Below are positions 40,711 to 50,253 of a DNA stretch of 64,000 bases, one piece after another. Positions within the stretch are counted from its first letter, which is position 1, and each line of letters starts with the position of its first letter. The notes below the pieces were generated by a model. That model was not told the origin of the DNA. It was given only the letters and a program-made list of their open reading frames with translations, and made no database searches. The position numbers and the translations under genes are program-made. Origin of the DNA: a bacterium (GTDB lineage Bacteria > JADJOY01); NCBI GenBank assembly GCA_046331705.1, contig JAXLQJ010000020.1, positions 1 through 64,000 on the forward strand, written 5' to 3'.

Positions 40711-41973
40711 TCACGCCTCCGGGGCGATGACGGTGCCGGCGCGAATCACGGCGTTCTTGGGAATGATCACGACGCCGTCGCGGACGGTCCAATCGCGCTC
40801 GCGGATCTCCGTTCCCACCGGAAAGGGCTCGATGCGCACGTTGGCACCGATGCGCGCGTTCTTGTCGATGATCGCACCGCGCACGTGCGACGCGCGGCCG
40901 ATGCCGATCGCCGGCAGCTCCGCCGTGGGCCGGAAGTCGATCGGGTCGTAGTGGTCCGCGCCCATCAGGATGGAGTCGCGGATCAGCACGTCCTCGGAGA
41001 TGACGCTGCGGATCCCCACCAGCGAGTGGTGGATCTCCGCTCCCTCGATGAGGCAACCGTCGCAGAGCAAGACGTGGTCGAGGCGTACGTCGTAGATCCG
41101 CGAGCCCGGCAGGAACCGGGGGTGGGTGAAGATCGGGCGAACCGGATCGTGGAAGCGAAACGGCGAGTCGGGCTGCGCGAGCGCCAGATTGGCCTCGTAG
41201 AACGAGCGGATCGTGCCGATGTCTTCCCAGTAGCCGTGGAACGGGTACGCGAACACGCGATGCGTGCCGAGCGCGTTGGGGATGATGTGGGAGCCGAAAT
41301 CGTCGTGCTTCGAGTCGAGCAACGCCACCAGCGCGTCGATCTTGAACACGTAGATCCCCATCGAGCCCAGGTAGGGCGCGGCGGGATCGTGCCGGCTTGC
41401 GAACTCGGTGAGCTGCTCCTCGGACTTCGGCTTCTCGCAGAACGCGGTGATGGCGTTGTCGCGACCGTGCTTGAGAATGCCGAAGCGCCCCGCTTCCTCG
41501 CGCGAGACCGGCTTCGCGGCGACCGTGATGTCGGCGTCGGTGAAGCGATGCTGCGCCACCATCTCCGCGTAGTCCATGCGGTAGAGGTGATCGCCAGCGA
41601 GGATCAGGACCTGGGTGGCGCCGGTGGCGCGGATCTCGAAGAGCTGCTTGCGAACGGCATCGGCGGTGCCCTGATACCAGCCGTCGTCGCTCGTGAGACT
41701 TTGCTCGGCCGCCCACACCTGCACCCAGCCGGGCCGGAAGAAATCGAAATTGTAGGTCTGCGAGATGTGGCGGTGCAGCGACACCGAGTTGAACTGGGTC
41801 AGGATCGCGACTCGGTGGATCCCGGAGTTGAGGCAATTCGAGAGCGGGATGTCGATCAGGCGGTACTTGCCGCCGATCGGAACAGCAGGTTTGGCGCGTT
41901 CCCGGGTGAGCGGCCACAACCGCTCACCGCGACCACCTCCGAGGACGAGGCCGAGGACGTCGGGCATCGACAT
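40711..41973 (-). CDS. glgC: Glucose-1-phosphate adenylyltransferase
   Basis: GGGRGERLWPLTRERAKPAVP, QFNSVSL, WYQGTADAV, GDHLYRMDY, SMGIYVF and YWEDIGT motifs. Confidence 0.95.
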   Translation of the reverse strand: MSMPDVLGLVLGGGRGERLWPLTRERAKPAVPIGGKYRLIDIPLSNCLNSGIHRVAILTQFNSVSLHRHISQTYNFDFFRPGWVQVWAAEQSLTSDDGWYQGTADAVRKQLFEIRATGATQVLILAGDHLYRMDYAEMVAQHRFTDADITVAAKPVSREEAGRFGILKHGRDNAITAFCEKPKSEEQLTEFASRHDPAAPYLGSMGIYVFKIDALVALLDSKHDDFGSHIIPNALGTHRVFAYPFHGYWEDIGTIRSFYEANLALAQPDSPFRFHDPVRPIFTHPRFLPGSRIYDVRLDHVLLCDGCLIEGAEIHHSLVGIRSVISEDVLIRDSILMGADHYDPIDFRPTAELPAIGIGRASHVRGAIIDKNARIGANVRIEPFPVGTEIRERDWTVRDGVVIIPKNAVIRAGTVIAPEA

Positions 41974-42092
41974 GGCGAGCTCCACGACTCGACCGCCGCG
42001 CGCCGGGCGCGGCGTGCGAGGATGGAACTGTAGCTCGCGCGCGTGACGGATTCACGTCGCCGAGGAGACGATCGCGCGCCGCGCTTCGGGGC

Positions 42093-42563
42093 TCACTTCG
42101 CGGCGGGGGCGCTCGCCTTCACCGCATCGTTGGCGCCACCCGGGTTCCACTCGAACATGCCCGTCACGTTCCCCGCCGGATCGCGGATGTGAGCGGCGAA
42201 TCCCACGTCCGGAATCGGCTGCTTCTCGCCGACGACCGTGGCACCCAGCGACTTGGCCTTGGCGAGAAACGCATCGATGTCGTCGACGTAGATGAAGAGC
42301 TCGGCGCCACGGTTGGGGTGCGCCGGATCGGGGGTGAACACGCCGCCGCCGATGCTCTTGAACCCGGGCGTCTGCACCATCCAATAGTCCTCGGCGGCCG
42401 GGTTGTCGCTCTTCCACTGCTCCGTCTCCCAGCCGTAGAGCTTCCCGTAGAAGTCGCTCACCTTCCCGACGTCCTGGGCCGGAATCTCGAAGTGGACGGG
42501 CTGGCCGACCTTCGGGAAACAGCCTGCCAGCACCAGCAACGACAGCGTGGCGATGCGCTTCAT
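42093..42563 (-). CDS. VOC family protein with a lipoprotein signal
   Basis: MKRIATLSLLVLAGC, then VHFEIPA, FYGKLYGW, YVDDID and RDPAGN; GAGG RBS upstream. Confidence 0.8.
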   Translation of the reverse strand: MKRIATLSLLVLAGCFPKVGQPVHFEIPAQDVGKVSDFYGKLYGWETEQWKSDNPAAEDYWMVQTPGFKSIGGGVFTPDPAHPNRGAELFIYVDDIDAFLAKAKSLGATVVGEKQPIPDVGFAAHIRDPAGNVTGMFEWNPGGANDAVKASAPAAK

Positions 42564-42718
42564 GCGTCCCCTCTTCCGCTCGGCGAGCAGCGCCGAGCCC
42601 CGCGTGGAAGCGGCGACGATAGCGCCACGCACGCGACGGATGCCATGGCGGGACATGCGGGAGGGAGAGGTGGGCGAGTGAGGCGGGCGGGACAGGCTCG
42701 CCCGAGCGCGCAGCTCGA

Positions 42719-44068
42719 TCACGCGGACACCGGCTCGGCGGCGAGGAGCGCCGGCCCCACTTCCGCGGCGCCCGCGGCGCGCAGCGCATCCTCGAGCCCG
42801 CGGTGGATCTCGGCGATTCGCTCGTCGAGGGCGCCATGGGCCACGTCGCCCAGCGTCCCCACGCCCTGATGCCGGAATCGAAGGAGCACGTCACCCACGC
42901 CCATGCGGCTCAGGTCGCGCGCCGGAAGCAGCGCATCGTCCGGCTCGGCGGAACGCGCCAGCAAGCCGCTGCGCACCAGCGCGTCCACGATCTCGAGCGT
43001 GGTGGTGCGCGGCAGATCGATGCCCGCCGCGAGGTCGCTCGCGGTGAGCGGTGGCGCGCCACTGGCGAAGCGCTGCGCCACGAGCGTCAGGAACTCGAGC
43101 GCCGCGCGCTCGCGCAGCGCGATCGAGAGCTCCTGACGCGCGAGCGGCGGATGATAGGTCTGCTCGTGCTGCACGGCGTAGGCGATCTCGCCGCCGAGCA
43201 GCACGATCACCCAGCTCACCCGGAGCCAGACCAGGAAGATCGGCAACGACGCGAAGGTGCCGTAGAGCGCGTTGAAGTTCGCGACGCCCACCTGGAAGTC
43301 GATGTAGAGCCGCTGCGCCAGGTGCCAGATGCATCCGGCGAGCACGCCACCGATGACGGCGGCGCGGAATCGCACGCGGGTGTTCGGGACGAAGCCGTAG
43401 AGGAACGAGAGCGCCACCGCGATCGACACCACCGGCAGCACTCGCAGCACGAGGTTCCAGGCGCGCGAGACGACCTCGTCCTCGAGGAAGCGCTGCACGA
43501 AGGTGTTCGAGGCGAGGCTCGCGGTGAGCGTGGTCGACGCCACGAACAAGAGCGGCGCGAAGAGCAGCACCGCCACGTAATCGGCGAACTTGCGGTGCAA
43601 GGCCCGGCTCTCGGTGACGCCCCAGATCTCGTTCAGCGAGCGCTCGATGCTGCCGAGCATCATCGCCACCGTGTAGAGCACCACCACCAAGCCGATGGTT
43701 CCCAGCGCGGTGAGGTTGGTTCCCTCCACGTACGACATGATCCAGCGCGCGAGGTCACGCTGCCCGGCGGCGAGGGTGCTGAAGAAATCCTCGTCGAAGC
43801 GGCTCTGCAGACCGAGCCCCTTCGCGATCGAGAAGCCGAGCGCCAGGAACGGCACCAGCGAGAAGAGCGTCATGAACGTGAGCGCCGACGAGCGCAGCAG
43901 CACCTGATCATCGCGGAAGCCGTGCGCGACGATGTAGGTGAAGCGCGCCGCCCGCCTGCACAGGCGCTCGCGCGGGCTCGCGGACGAGGCGAGCGGCCGC
44001 CAGATCCGCTCCTGGGAATAGCGGTGGAGGCGAGTCACGACGGTCGCGAGCGGGTTCGTGGATGCCAT
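42719..44068 (-). CDS. YihY/virulence factor BrkB family membrane protein with a C-terminal wHTH
   Basis: SSALTFMTLFSLVP, IERSLNEIW, LYGFVPN, YGTFASLPIFLVW and LLGGEI motifs. Confidence 0.92.
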   Translation of the reverse strand: MASTNPLATVVTRLHRYSQERIWRPLASSASPRERLCRRAARFTYIVAHGFRDDQVLLRSSALTFMTLFSLVPFLALGFSIAKGLGLQSRFDEDFFSTLAAGQRDLARWIMSYVEGTNLTALGTIGLVVVLYTVAMMLGSIERSLNEIWGVTESRALHRKFADYVAVLLFAPLLFVASTTLTASLASNTFVQRFLEDEVVSRAWNLVLRVLPVVSIAVALSFLYGFVPNTRVRFRAAVIGGVLAGCIWHLAQRLYIDFQVGVANFNALYGTFASLPIFLVWLRVSWVIVLLGGEIAYAVQHEQTYHPPLARQELSIALRERAALEFLTLVAQRFASGAPPLTASDLAAGIDLPRTTTLEIVDALVRSGLLARSAEPDDALLPARDLSRMGVGDVLLRFRHQGVGTLGDVAHGALDERIAEIHRGLEDALRAAGAAEVGPALLAAEPVSA

Positions 44069-44180
44069 CGAGAGCGACCTCCGCTGGGGCGTGGGCGCAT
44101 TGTGTCACCGCGGGCGCACTCGAAGACACCCGCATCCGCGACGATACTGCGCGTGCCCGCCAACCACCGCCGTTCCTCCC

Positions 44181-46112
44181 ATGAGCCCGAGTCCCCTCGT
44201 GCAATGCCCGCACGCGAATCGCTGCAGCGGTTGCCCGCTCATCGAGCTCGCGCCCGAGGCACAGCTCGCGTGGAAGGCGGAACGCGTCCGCGACGCCGTG
44301 GTGCCGTTCGCTGACCTCGCGCTGGCGGAGATCGCGCCGATCGTGGCTGCTCCGATCGTCGAGGGCTATCGAAGACGCGCCAAGCTGATCGCCGCCCCGC
44401 CCGCGCGGCTCGGCCTGTTCGCGCGCGGCACCGATCACGAGGTCGTCGACATTCCCGACTGCCGCGTGCTCGGCCCGGCGATCGCCGACGCGGCCGCCGC
44501 GATCCGCGCAGCGCTCGCCGCCCCCGCGTCCACCGGGCGCTCCTCGTTCGGCGCCTTCGACCCGAAGCACCCGGTCCGCCACGCGATCGGCTTGCGAGCG
44601 GTCGACCTCCGCGAGACCCGTCTCGGCAGCGCGACCGACGTCATGGTCACGCTGATCCTGAGCGCCGAGTCCGAGCGTCATTCCGATGCGCTGCTGGGTG
44701 TGGCACAGACCCTCTTCCAGGCGATCCCCCGCTGCGCGAGCCTCGCCGTGAGCTTCCACGACGGCCATTCGCCGCAGGTGTTGGGGCGGCGCTTGCGGGT
44801 GCTCGGCGGCCGGACGTCGGTGCCCGACGCGCTGCCCTCGCTCGCCGCGGCCGGCCCGTCGACGACGCCTGTGGCGCAGCCGCCGCTCAGCCAGCTCGCG
44901 GCCCACGGTGCCTTCGTCCAGGTGCATCGCGAGCAAGCCGCCGCGGTCACGACACGGGTGGGCGCGGCGCTCGCGGACGCGCTGGGCGGTCTCGCCGGGA
45001 CCCGGATCCTCGAGCTCTTCGGCGGCTCGGGCGCGCTCGGACTGCCGCTCGCGAGCGGTGGGGCCGAGGTGGTCTCGATCGAGAGCTTCGAACCAGCGGT
45101 GACGCGCGCCAACGACGCCGCGTTCAACCTCGGGCTCGGCGGGTTCCGCGCGATCGCCGCCGACGCCACCGACGAGGCCATCGCACGGTCGACGAGCGGT
45201 GAGCGCTTCGACGCGGTGCTCGTGAACCCGCCGCGACGGGGTGTCACGCCCGCAGCGCGCGAGGCCATCGCGCGTCTCGCGCCGCGCGCCGTCGTCTACG
45301 TCTCGTGCGACCCGGACACCCTGGCGCGCGACCTCGCCCACCTGGCCATCCTCGGCCTCGCCACCACGCGAATCGTGCCGTTCGACATGATTCCGCTCAC
45401 CGAGGAGATCGAATGCGTCGCCGTGCTCGAACCGACTCCCGCGCCGGTGCCGCGTGTGCTGTTCGAGAGCACCGAGATCGTGGCGGTCGACAAGCCCGCT
45501 CCCGAGCCGACCATCCCGCACCCCGAGCACCCGGGCTCGCTGCTCGCTCGCGTGCGCCGCTTGCCAGGCTGCGACGCGGCCACGCCGATCCACCGCCTCG
45601 ACACCGGGACCTCCGGGGTCGTGCTCTTCGCCCGCCGGCCCGAGCACGTCGCCGCCTGGGCCAAGGCGCTCACCGCCGAGAGCGCCGAGAAGACCTACCT
45701 GGCGCTGGTCCGCGGCATCGTCCGCGCCAAGGGCTCGATCAGCCGCGAGGTCCGTGAGCAAGGCCGCCGGCTGCCGGCGCGGACGCGCTACCGCCGCAGC
45801 GACGTGATCGCCGGGCACTCGCTCGTCGAGGTGCGGCCCGACCAGGGGCGCACGCATCAGATCCGCCAGCACCTCGCCATGATCGACCACGCGGTGCTGG
45901 GCGACGCGCGCTACGGCCACGCTCCCAGCAATCGCCACGTGAGCGAACGCTACGGCCTCGATCGCACGTTCCTGCATTGCGCGCGGATCGCGCTCGACGA
46001 TCCCGCGACCGGCTCGCGGCTCGTCGTCGAGAGCCCGCTCGCTCCCGACCTGGCAGCGGTGCGGGCGCGCATGCTGGGCGCGGGCAGAGCGCCGCTCGAC
46101 GTGGAGCGCTGA
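44181..46112 (+). CDS. Fusion of an RlmD/TrmA-family m5U RNA methyltransferase and an RluA-family pseudouridine synthase
   Basis: CPHANRCSGC, FVQVH, ELFGGSG, NPPRRG and YVSCDPDTLARD, then VDKP, HRLDTGTSG, KTYLALV, GRTHQIRQH and FLHC, all in one frame. Confidence 0.88.
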   Translation: MSPSPLVQCPHANRCSGCPLIELAPEAQLAWKAERVRDAVVPFADLALAEIAPIVAAPIVEGYRRRAKLIAAPPARLGLFARGTDHEVVDIPDCRVLGPAIADAAAAIRAALAAPASTGRSSFGAFDPKHPVRHAIGLRAVDLRETRLGSATDVMVTLILSAESERHSDALLGVAQTLFQAIPRCASLAVSFHDGHSPQVLGRRLRVLGGRTSVPDALPSLAAAGPSTTPVAQPPLSQLAAHGAFVQVHREQAAAVTTRVGAALADALGGLAGTRILELFGGSGALGLPLASGGAEVVSIESFEPAVTRANDAAFNLGLGGFRAIAADATDEAIARSTSGERFDAVLVNPPRRGVTPAAREAIARLAPRAVVYVSCDPDTLARDLAHLAILGLATTRIVPFDMIPLTEEIECVAVLEPTPAPVPRVLFESTEIVAVDKPAPEPTIPHPEHPGSLLARVRRLPGCDAATPIHRLDTGTSGVVLFARRPEHVAAWAKALTAESAEKTYLALVRGIVRAKGSISREVREQGRRLPARTRYRRSDVIAGHSLVEVRPDQGRTHQIRQHLAMIDHAVLGDARYGHAPSNRHVSERYGLDRTFLHCARIALDDPATGSRLVVESPLAPDLAAVRARMLGAGRAPLDVER

Positions 46113-46131
46113 ACCGGCCGCGCGCGGCGGC

Positions 46132-47574
46132 TCAGCGCGTCGCCGGCGCGACACGCATCGTGTGCGACGCGCTCCTGCTTGCAGCGGTCCAGCGCACGAG
46201 GTGGCCACCGGCGATCGCCTCGAGCGCGAAGCGGCCGTCGCTCACCGTCACGCTCAGGCCGCTCGGAAAGCGGCGCTCGGGGGCGAACACGATCGTGTCG
46301 CCGCGCGCGCCGGCGCGATCGCGGAAGGCAAGCTCGAACGCGCCGCTCGCGGGGTCGTAGCCGAAGCGCTCCGGCTCACCCGCGATGCGCCACGGATACG
46401 GGCGCACCAGCACGTCCATGAACGGTCGCTCGGCACCGCCCGCCTCGACGATGCTGCCGCCCTCGCCGTTCCAGTCGTAGCCCGTCGGCTCGTAGTTCCA
46501 GATGGTGCCGCTCAGCATCAGCCGATCGTGGATCGCGACCTCGTCGGCGAGCGCTTCTTGCTTGTTGGGCACGGACTCGTAGACGCCCCATTCACCGATG
46601 AAGGGCGCCATGCCGAGGGATTCGGCGAAGTCCAGGATCTCGCGATAGCGCCGTTCGCGCGCGTCGCGCGTGCCCAGATAGACGCCCAAGGTGGCCTGGA
46701 TCGGGTCGTAGCAATGGGCGGCGAGCACGGCGCCCGGCGCGCCGAGCGGCTCGAGGAAGCTCGGAAAGCCCACGCCGGCGGCGCCCGGCGGCTCCAGGAA
46801 CACCAGCGCCGCTGGGTCCACGGCGCGGATCGCCGCCGACACGTCGCGATAGAAGGGCGAGAGTCGATCCCGCTCGTAGTCCGGCTGACCCAGGATCTCC
46901 GAATAGCCGATCGGCTCGTTCATGAGGTCGTAGCCGAGGACTCCCGGCTCGTCGCGCAGCCGCTTGGCCACCTCGACCACCGCGTCGCGGTAGTGCGCGC
47001 GCAGCTCGTCGCTCCGCCAGAAATGATCGACGGCCGCGGCCACGGCGGGCGTGAACTGGAACGCGAACCAGCCTGGTCCGCACGCCTCGGGCGGAAAGGG
47101 CTCCGCGTCCGCGGGCAACGCCCACGCAGGAGCGCCGTCGCCGCAGAAGGCGCGCGACCACACGTCCTGGTGCATGTCGACGAGAACCTCGATGCCGCGC
47201 GCGTGCGCGGCTCGAACCAGCGCCACGTAGCGATCGAGGTAGACGGTGTCGTACACGCCCGGGGACGGCTCGATCGCTTCCCAGCTCGTGAGCAGTCGGA
47301 CGACGTTGAAGCCCCACGCCGCCAGCGGATCGAAGCCCGCCGGATCTTCGAGCGCCACGAAGGGCGGCCCCTTCGCCCGCCCGCTCACGTTGGCGCCGTG
47401 CAGGATCACGACCCCGCCGTCCGGGTCGACCAACCACCGCCCTTCGACCCTCAGGCGATTCGTGCCACCGGCGGAGCCTGCGCCCGCGTCCGTTCCGTCG
47501 CCACAGCCCGACGCGAAGGACGCGAGGACGAGCGCCCACGTCGTCAAGCTCACACGCACGGCACGAGCTCGCAC
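46132..47574 (-). CDS. GH5 endoglycoceramidase-like lipoprotein
   Basis: ILHGANV, GFNVVRL, WEAIEP, VDMHQDVWSR, GDGAPAW, DLMNEP, IGEWG and RPYP; lipobox FASGC. Confidence 0.88.
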   Translation of the reverse strand: MRARAVRVSLTTWALVLASFASGCGDGTDAGAGSAGGTNRLRVEGRWLVDPDGGVVILHGANVSGRAKGPPFVALEDPAGFDPLAAWGFNVVRLLTSWEAIEPSPGVYDTVYLDRYVALVRAAHARGIEVLVDMHQDVWSRAFCGDGAPAWALPADAEPFPPEACGPGWFAFQFTPAVAAAVDHFWRSDELRAHYRDAVVEVAKRLRDEPGVLGYDLMNEPIGYSEILGQPDYERDRLSPFYRDVSAAIRAVDPAALVFLEPPGAAGVGFPSFLEPLGAPGAVLAAHCYDPIQATLGVYLGTRDARERRYREILDFAESLGMAPFIGEWGVYESVPNKQEALADEVAIHDRLMLSGTIWNYEPTGYDWNGEGGSIVEAGGAERPFMDVLVRPYPWRIAGEPERFGYDPASGAFELAFRDRAGARGDTIVFAPERRFPSGLSVTVSDGRFALEAIAGGHLVRWTAASRSASHTMRVAPATR

Positions 47575-47583
47575 GCCGAGCGC

Positions 47584-48690
47584 TCAGTAGAGAAACGGGA
47601 TCACACGGAAGCGGGCGACTTTGCAGTACTGGTCCCAGAGCTCGCCGTATTTCGCTTTGCACTTGCCGTCGTCGCGGGCGGCGCGCTGGGTGAGCAGCAG
47701 CAACAGCGAGAACGGCAACACGTAGGGCCAGATCGACTGGAAGCGGGTGCAGAGCGCGAACGAGAGATAGACCATCAGCTCGCCGGTGTAGTTCACGTGG
47801 CGGCCGATCCCCCACCAGCCCGAGACCAAGAGCCGCCCCCCGAGCGTGCGGGCCGGCTTGCCCCAGATGATCGCGTTGCGATCCCGCTTGTAACGGTCCT
47901 TCTGCCAATTGGCGCTGCGGAAGATCCAGTGCCCGAGGACGTGGAATGCACCGAGCGCGAGCGACGCCTGCCAGTGGAACGGAAGCGTGTCGTCGATCAG
48001 CCACCAGCCGCAGATCGAGTACCAGAACGGCACGTACACCGTGTCGCCCCACACCAACATGAAGCCGAACTTCTCCGCGATGATGTCCCACGTGGAGAGC
48101 ATGAACTCTTCCTTCAGGTAGTGGGTGTAGAGGTACGCCCACCAGAAGCACACGAAGAGTCCCATCTGCGGCGTCAGGCTCGAGTAGAGCTCGAATTGCC
48201 GGAACGCGAACGCGGCGTTGATCACGCCCAGGCCGATGAGCGAGGGGTGGTAGAAGAACATCTTGAGATCGACGCCCAGGAAGGTGGGATTCAGCTGATT
48301 CCCGAACCAGATGTCGTGAACCAGCTTGGGCAGCCGGGTATGACGCTCGATCGTCTGCTCCTCCAGGTAGCCCTTGAGCAGGATCAACGCGAGCGCCACC
48401 AGCGAGAACACGTTCGCCACCACCAAGAGGGGCTTGAAGTAGCTGAGCACCGGTGTGAGCGAGAATCCGAACACCAGCTTCAGCACCACGATCACGGCCT
48501 GTGTCGCGAAGAAGAGCGTCATGCCGGAGAGCTTGTAGGTCCGTCGTTCGCCGTTCGCGAGCGGCTGGCCCTGCGCCTGGATTCCGGGCAGGAAGATCGA
48601 GCCCAGGAAGAGGAACGCGAAGAATCCGATGAACATCCCGGCCGCGAACTTGAGCGTGTCCCAGGTGATCGGCAGCAACAGTCCTTCCAT
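47584..48690 (-). CDS. ERG4/ERG24-family sterol reductase, most like plant-type delta14-sterol reductase
   Basis: FGNQLNP, DLKMFF, WDIIAEKFGFMLVWGD, FRSANWQK, LLVSGWWGIGRHVNYTGE and RDDGKCKAKYG. Confidence 0.92.
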   Translation of the reverse strand: MEGLLLPITWDTLKFAAGMFIGFFAFLFLGSIFLPGIQAQGQPLANGERRTYKLSGMTLFFATQAVIVVLKLVFGFSLTPVLSYFKPLLVVANVFSLVALALILLKGYLEEQTIERHTRLPKLVHDIWFGNQLNPTFLGVDLKMFFYHPSLIGLGVINAAFAFRQFELYSSLTPQMGLFVCFWWAYLYTHYLKEEFMLSTWDIIAEKFGFMLVWGDTVYVPFWYSICGWWLIDDTLPFHWQASLALGAFHVLGHWIFRSANWQKDRYKRDRNAIIWGKPARTLGGRLLVSGWWGIGRHVNYTGELMVYLSFALCTRFQSIWPYVLPFSLLLLLTQRAARDDGKCKAKYGELWDQYCKVARFRVIPFLY

Positions 48691-48837
48691 CCGCGAACCC
48701 CTTCGGAAAATCGGCGTGGGAGAGCGAGCCCGCGAGAGGTACCATGCGCGCCGCGAATGGCACAACCAGCGTCGCCGACTCGCACCGACCACGCGAGCGC
48801 GGCTCCCCGAGACCGGCATCCCGAGGCTCCCGAGACC

Positions 48838-49695
48838 ATGACGAGCTCGATCGCACCGTCGCTCTTCGCGACGCACCCGGGTAAGCGCGCAGCCGAGCGT
48901 TTCTTCCTCGCCTACACGCCCGTGTGGGGCCTGCTCGCCAGCGCGGTGATGCTGACGGGCGTCGCGAATCGCTGGGGCGACGTGGAGCTGATGCTGTTCG
49001 CGCTGCTCTTGTGCACGGGCACGGCGCTCGGCCCGTTCGTGTTCGCCCCCGCGGAGGAGAAAGCAAAACCGCTGACCCAGCGCTACGCGTTCAAGATCCT
49101 GGTCTGGCTCGCGATCTATTCGTTCCTCGCCAACACCTTCGGCACCTCGTTCTTCTACGAGGCGTTGCACGCGCACTACGGCTTCGACACGCGCTTCAAC
49201 CTGAACGGCGTGCCGGTCTTCCTGACCTTCATGACGATCACGTACTTCGCGACCTACTCGGTGCTGGTGTGCATCGGCTGGCGCATCGCTCGCGACCGGA
49301 TCATGCCGCGCTCACGCCTTCGCGGCTGGGCCTTCGCCGCGGCGGTCCCGGTGGTGATCGCCGGCGTGGAAAGCGCGCTCAACGCGAACCCGTGGATGAA
49401 GACCCTCTACTGCTTCGACCACCCGGCGTTCGCGCTCACCTTCGGCACGGTCGCGTACGGCACCTGGCTCGCGCTCGCGATGCCGTTCTGGGTGACGCTC
49501 GACGAGCGCCCCGGCAGCGACTTGCCGATGGCGAAGGTGATCGGCGGCAGCCTGCTCGCCACCGCGTTGCTGCTCGCGGACGCCGAGCTGCTGAAGCGGG
49601 TGGTGGCGCCGCATCTCACCGAGGTGGCGTGGGGCCACGTGGGTCTCAGGGACTACGGCACGAGCTGCCTCGGTCCTCGGCCGGCCTCGCCCTGA
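48838..49695 (+). CDS. Cycloeucalenol cycloisomerase (cyclopropylsterol isomerase, CPI1-like)
   Basis: PGKRAAERFFLAYTPVW, RYAFK..VWL..YSFLANTFGT.FFY..L.A.Y.F, LNGVP, IAGVES and LDE. Collinear with plant CPI1 as I recall it; 285 aa, multi-TM. Confidence 0.82.
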   Translation: MTSSIAPSLFATHPGKRAAERFFLAYTPVWGLLASAVMLTGVANRWGDVELMLFALLLCTGTALGPFVFAPAEEKAKPLTQRYAFKILVWLAIYSFLANTFGTSFFYEALHAHYGFDTRFNLNGVPVFLTFMTITYFATYSVLVCIGWRIARDRIMPRSRLRGWAFAAAVPVVIAGVESALNANPWMKTLYCFDHPAFALTFGTVAYGTWLALAMPFWVTLDERPGSDLPMAKVIGGSLLATALLLADAELLKRVVAPHLTEVAWGHVGLRDYGTSCLGPRPASP

Positions 49696-49746
49696 CGATC
49701 GCCGGTCGATCGCACCGCGCACACGAACCCGCGAACGAGCCGAACC

Positions 49747-50253
49747 GTGTGGAACCTCGCCGTGCCGCTCGTGGAGCTCGTGACGCGAGCGGCGCTGGTC
49801 TACGTGTTCCTGCTGCTGATCCTGCGTCTCACCGGCAAGCGCCAGGTCGGCCAGCTCGCGCCGTTCGATCTGGTGCTGCTGCTGGTGCTCTCGAACGCGG
49901 TGCAGAACTCGATGAACGGGGGCGACAACTCGCTGGTGGGCGGGCTCGTCAGCGCCTCGACCTTGATCGCGCTCAACTACGTGGTCGGGATCGCCACCTA
50001 CCGCAGCAAGCGCCTCGAGCGGATCATCGAGGGCCGGCCGCAGATCCTCGTCCACAACGGCCGGGTCTTCGAGGACGTGATGACTGCGGCCAAGCTCACC
50101 CACCACGAGCTCGACGCGGCGCTCCGCCACGGCGGCTGCGCGTGCGTCGCCGACGTCCACCTCGCCGTGCTCGAGACCAACGGCTCGATCAGCGTCGTGC
50201 CGCGCGCCAGCCACGGCGGCGCACCCGTTCGCCCCGATCATGAATCCCGCTGA
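49747..50253 (+). CDS. DUF421 (YetF) family membrane protein
   Basis: GKRQVGQLAPFDLV, EGRPQILVHNG and LETNGSISV motifs. Confidence 0.92.
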   Translation: MWNLAVPLVELVTRAALVYVFLLLILRLTGKRQVGQLAPFDLVLLLVLSNAVQNSMNGGDNSLVGGLVSASTLIALNYVVGIATYRSKRLERIIEGRPQILVHNGRVFEDVMTAAKLTHHELDAALRHGGCACVADVHLAVLETNGSISVVPRASHGGAPVRPDHESR

